Shown one piece after another: positions 60,455 to 64,000 of a stretch of 64,000 bases of DNA. This DNA comes from an uncultured virus (IMG/VR IMGVR_UViG_3300034989_000018) (Duplodnaviria; Heunggongvirae; Uroviricota; Caudoviricetes), in the IMG/VR virus record IMGVR_UViG_3300034989_000018; one strand, written 5' to 3'. Each line of letters opens with the position of its first letter. Within the stretch, counting starts at the first letter, position 1. Under the pieces are notes generated by a model that worked only from the letters and a program-made list of their open reading frames with translations, was not told the DNA's origin and ran no database searches. The translations under genes were made by a program, and so were the position numbers.

Positions 60455-60522
60455 TTCTTAATCCTCCTAAAATTTTAATATTTACTCTTTAATTTTTTTA
60501 AATTTATTTGCCTAAAACAATA

Positions 60523-60774
60523 TTATTTTTCCTCCTTATTTGCTTTCGATACTATCTTTTTTAAATGATTACATGTTTTCCATGCATCATTTAACTTCCA
60601 ATCTTTTATTACTTCATAAGTATGTTTTATATAATTACCTGTTCTTATATTTATGATAGCTTTCTCTTTATCATAATCACCATCATAAAAATTATCTGTT
60701 ACTAAATAAATTGTAACACTATCATTTTTCTTTGTTATCCAGTCACCTGACTTTACTTTTTTTGTATAAGACAT
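60523..60774 (-). CDS. hypothetical protein
   Basis: AAAGGAG RBS before ATG 60774. Confidence 0.6.
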   Translation of the reverse strand: MSYTKKVKSGDWITKKNDSVTIYLVTDNFYDGDYDKEKAIINIRTGNYIKHTYEVIKDWKLNDAWKTCNHLKKIVSKANKEEK

Positions 60775-60856
60775 TTTTATATCTCCTTTTAATTTTATTT
60801 TTCTATTAATATAGAAATGCTTATAAGGCGATTTTAACGCCAAATAAGCTAATATT

Positions 60857-61285
60857 TTATGTACCTGATACCATATCACATAAATCATTATATGCCTGTA
60901 TATAATAATGATCTTTGTTTAAATCTTTATACTCTTTTAAATCTTTTTTATAGTCTATTATCTTTAAACAAATTTCTTCAAATGTTATTTGGTCAATTTC
61001 AATATCAACAGTCAGATAATAATTTCTTAAATTCTTTACTGTTGAAGTATCTAATAGTTGTAATGTATAATCACGTACTAAGTTATATATAGATAACTTA
61101 GTACTCTCTTGCTGCTTTTTATTACCTGTCAATATTACTTGTATATCTTCTGTTACTTCAAATAGTTTCTTATGTTTATAATGACTATGGAGTTTGTCAT
61201 AATAATTCTTGTAATTTGATTCTAAAATTGCACATTCGTTATAAATTTTAAAATAATCTTCACCTTTCATTTTTATTTTACCCAT
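60857..61285 (-). CDS. hypothetical protein
   Basis: GAGGAGG RBS. Confidence 0.65.
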   Translation of the reverse strand: MGKIKMKGEDYFKIYNECAILESNYKNYYDKLHSHYKHKKLFEVTEDIQVILTGNKKQQESTKLSIYNLVRDYTLQLLDTSTVKNLRNYYLTVDIEIDQITFEEICLKIIDYKKDLKEYKDLNKDHYYIQAYNDLCDMVSGT

Positions 61286-61426
61286 TATTCTTCTCCTCCT
61301 CTATTTTAGATAATGATGTTAACATGTTTTTTATTCTCCTTTTCCTTTTTTTATAATTAATCATATATAAGATATTGTGAATATCTTTATATATGATTGA
61401 AATAACTTAGCAAGCTTTTAAACTTA

Positions 61427-61765
61427 CTAAGCTAATAAATTAAACTGTTTGTCAAAATCTAGATCACTTAAAGAAATTAATTCAAATTCCAGCTTCTTTA
61501 GTTGCCTTAAATTATATGTTTTACTAGTATCAATCTTAAAGCCAAAATCAAGCCGATTTAACAAATTATTAATTGATTCTAGTATTTTATAGTATTTATA
61601 TATTTCTTTAAGTTCTGTGTTTAATTTTAGCCTTGATTCATATATTAAAGTTAATAAAGATTTTGACTTAAAATTAATAATAGAACCATTTAAAACCATT
61701 TGTATATGAGTTTTATCAAGTTCTATTATTGTTAGAATTTTTAATATTAATTCTACTCTCATCAT
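61427..61765 (-). CDS. hypothetical protein
   Basis: AAGGTG RBS. Confidence 0.6.
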   Translation of the reverse strand: MMRVELILKILTIIELDKTHIQMVLNGSIINFKSKSLLTLIYESRLKLNTELKEIYKYYKILESINNLLNRLDFGFKIDTSKTYNLRQLKKLEFELISLSDLDFDKQFNLLA

Positions 61766-61794
61766 AAAAACACCTTTTAATATGATTTTTATTT

Positions 61795-62079
61795 CTAAAT
61801 TATTTCTAAACCTGAATAAGATATTAAATAAACTTTATATTTATTAAAACTTCTTATAGGTGTATTATAATCCCATTCAAAATTTAAGAACTTATTTAAA
61901 TTATTAAAATTTTCTTTAAATATTTTATACATATTTTTTTCTTCCATCATTTCAAAACTTAAATAATAGTCATTTGTATGTATTGAAATATTATGTATAA
62001 ATGTAAAATCATTAAGTGTATTTTTTATTTTATTCATATCTTCAAAAACTTTTTCTTTACTAATTTGTGTCTTACTCAT
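61795..62079 (-). CDS. hypothetical protein
   Basis: GGAGGAGG RBS. Confidence 0.65.
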   Translation of the reverse strand: MSKTQISKEKVFEDMNKIKNTLNDFTFIHNISIHTNDYYLSFEMMEEKNMYKIFKENFNNLNKFLNFEWDYNTPIRSFNKYKVYLISYSGLEII

Positions 62080-62098
62080 TGTTTTTAGTCCTCCTCCA

Positions 62099-62431
62099 TT
62101 ATTTTATTTCGATATATAATTTATTATCAAGTGAATATCTCCATGCATATTCATTGCAGATGTAAGAAAAATAAGCAATACCAATTTCCCAAGATTCATG
62201 AGAAAACATATTACTATTTGTCCATTTGTCTCTAGTGTTGTAGTAGTTCAAATGATCTATTAATGTCATTTTAGCATCAATATGATTTTCACATCTGTAA
62301 TAATTTTCAAACATTTTTATTTCAAAGTGTTCAAAAATTTTTTCATCAATTTTTTTTAAGCATGTTCCAAAATGCTCAGATGATAGTATTTCTACTATCA
62401 TACCGTTTTTCAATTGTTCTATTAATCTCAT
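62099..62431 (-). CDS. hypothetical protein
   Basis: AAGGAG RBS. Confidence 0.65.
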   Translation of the reverse strand: MRLIEQLKNGMIVEILSSEHFGTCLKKIDEKIFEHFEIKMFENYYRCENHIDAKMTLIDHLNYYNTRDKWTNSNMFSHESWEIGIAYFSYICNEYAWRYSLDNKLYIEIK

Positions 62432-62509
62432 TGTTTTTTATCTCCTTTTTATTTTTTATTTTTTTATTGAAACAAGTGATCACGCTTTGACACGTGATTA
62501 CCTTAGATA

Positions 62510-63136
62510 CTAGATTATCAAATAATTATTTTCCAATTGTGCATATCTTTCATGTAAATCATCTAGATTGTACAATTTTTCATTTAATACTTCAGAATCT
62601 TTAATTAAACGCCATCCTAATGGATGACTTTTTTCATTGTCAATTCTTTTGATTTGATAACCAAAAGAATTGAATCTTTTTTCTAAATTATCAATATGAT
62701 CATTAGCAGTTATGTAAAAACTAGGATGTTGAATTTCAAATGATTCTTCGATTAATTCTATGTCTATTAATCCATATTGCCAATTTTCATTTTGTTGTTT
62801 AAAATACTCTCTTATCTCTCTCTTTGAAAGATTTAAAGTATCTTTAACATTATTCACTGTTTCTACTTCATAATTTGTAAAATCTATAAAGTAGTCAATT
62901 CCTCCTGTATTCCCTAATTTAATTCCTTTTTGTCCTAGTTTATAATTTAATTTTTTTGTAGAAATTAAATAATAAACATCCCAAATGTTTCTTCCTCTGT
63001 TATTTCTTCTAGTTGTGTATGCTTCTAACCTAATTAAATAGGCTAGAATGTTTTTTGTTTTTTTGCCTTTAACAGCATATATTATGCTATTAGAAGTTTC
63101 CTTATTGTTTTTTATTGATGTTATTTTTTCAATCAT
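62510..63136 (-). CDS. hypothetical protein
   Basis: AAGGAG RBS. Confidence 0.7.
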   Translation of the reverse strand: MIEKITSIKNNKETSNSIIYAVKGKKTKNILAYLIRLEAYTTRRNNRGRNIWDVYYLISTKKLNYKLGQKGIKLGNTGGIDYFIDFTNYEVETVNNVKDTLNLSKREIREYFKQQNENWQYGLIDIELIEESFEIQHPSFYITANDHIDNLEKRFNSFGYQIKRIDNEKSHPLGWRLIKDSEVLNEKLYNLDDLHERYAQLENNYLII

Positions 63137-63202
63137 TATTTTTTATCTCCTTTTTTTTATTGAAATACCCTTGTAAACTTTGATATTCACAAGGATAAAA
63201 AT

Positions 63203-63517
63203 TTAAAAATCTTTGTGGTAATTATCGAGGATATGAGATATTTTAAATTTAAAGTCTACTGTTATATAAACTATATATTTAAAATAATCATAGTCCTCCA
63301 TATATTCATTCTTATAAAAGTGATGTTTATGATAGTGTTCTTTTATTATAAGAACATTATCATCTTTAAATATAATGATATTATCTTTATATTCATATTC
63401 ACTATATTCTATTGGTTTTAATTCTGGCATATCTGCCTTATCTTCAACAATTACAATATCATCAATTGATTCTTTTAAATTAATTGATTTTAATATTTCC
63501 TTTAATTTAATTTTCAT
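63203..63517 (-). CDS. hypothetical protein
   Basis: AAGGGAG RBS. Confidence 0.65.
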   Translation of the reverse strand: MKIKLKEILKSINLKESIDDIVIVEDKADMPELKPIEYSEYEYKDNIIIFKDDNVLIIKEHYHKHHFYKNEYMEDYDYFKYIVYITVDFKFKISHILDNYHKDF

Positions 63518-63602
63518 TATTTTTCATTCTCCCTTTTATTTTTATTTTTATTGAAAAAAATTACTGCAATGTGATTTACAGTAATTTTGGTTACATTAGT
63601 AT

Positions 63603-63893
63603 TTAAGAGTATTTAAGTTCTAATAATTCATCTCGAAAATAGATTGAAACATTCTTTCTACCATGTCGTATTACCTTAGTATGATTATATTTCATGGTGG
63701 ACAATAGATTCATTAAACCTGTTGTACTTTGTTTTAAATTAGTACCACCTATTTTAACGAACTTCTTATCACTAAGAAATTGCAATGATAACAAGTATTC
63801 TTGTATCATTTCATCATAATTATCTTTGCCATATTGCATATAGTTTAAAACTTCAAGTATATTCTTGATATTAAACCAATCTGAATCATGCAA
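63603..63893 (-). CDS. hypothetical protein (start uncertain)
   Basis: Open frame in the same leftward gene array. Confidence 0.45.
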   Translation of the reverse strand: MHDSDWFNIKNILEVLNYMQYGKDNYDEMIQEYLLSLQFLSDKKFVKIGGTNLKQSTTGLMNLLSTMKYNHTKVIRHGRKNVSIYFRDELLELKYS

Positions 63894-64000
63894 AAAATGA
63901 TTGTTTACGATTTTTAAGTTTTCTAACTCAAAGCTAAAATGAGTTGAAAACTCATTATAATTTTGATAACAATTAATCTTGTTATCAAAAATATTCTCAA

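Noticed and set aside
1..64000. Stop-codon reassignment
   Set aside because: Long genes are intact in the standard code, TAA/TAG/TGA all terminate genes, and no suppressor anticodon was found

Overview
This is a very AT-rich tailed-phage (siphovirus-like) genome segment, most likely infecting a Clostridia/Bacillota host (sigmaA-type promoters, strong AGGAG ribosome-binding sites). Layout: a palindromic iteron region (~70-680); packaging and Mu-like head genes (2.2-14.6 kb); tail genes with a -1 frameshift chaperone, tape measure and a duplicated tail-tip cassette (14.6-25.2 kb); a frameshifted amidase endolysin and a holin-like fragment flanking a tRNA/structured-RNA island (25.3-27.4 kb); a stand-alone unit of a conserved unknown protein, a tRNA with an AAA anticodon and two circularly permuted tRNA mimics (29.1-30.5 kb); a triple-HTH regulator; a second iteron region before an RHH/AbrB/P4-type primase-helicase operon; many small genes (HAD phosphatase, RNA-ligase-like, methyltransferase, HNH, Acb2/Tad1-like, RuvC-like); SNF2 helicase, SSB, family-B DNA polymerase, an FtsK-like ATPase; and leftward small genes (59.9-63.9 kb). 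I saw no integrase, reverse transcriptase or CRISPR array. The best candidate for an undescribed system is the protein plus permuted-tRNA RNA unit at 29103-30502, followed by the tRNA-punctuated duplicated pseudoknot RNA at 26268-27047. All family assignments come from motif recognition by eye, not from database searches.
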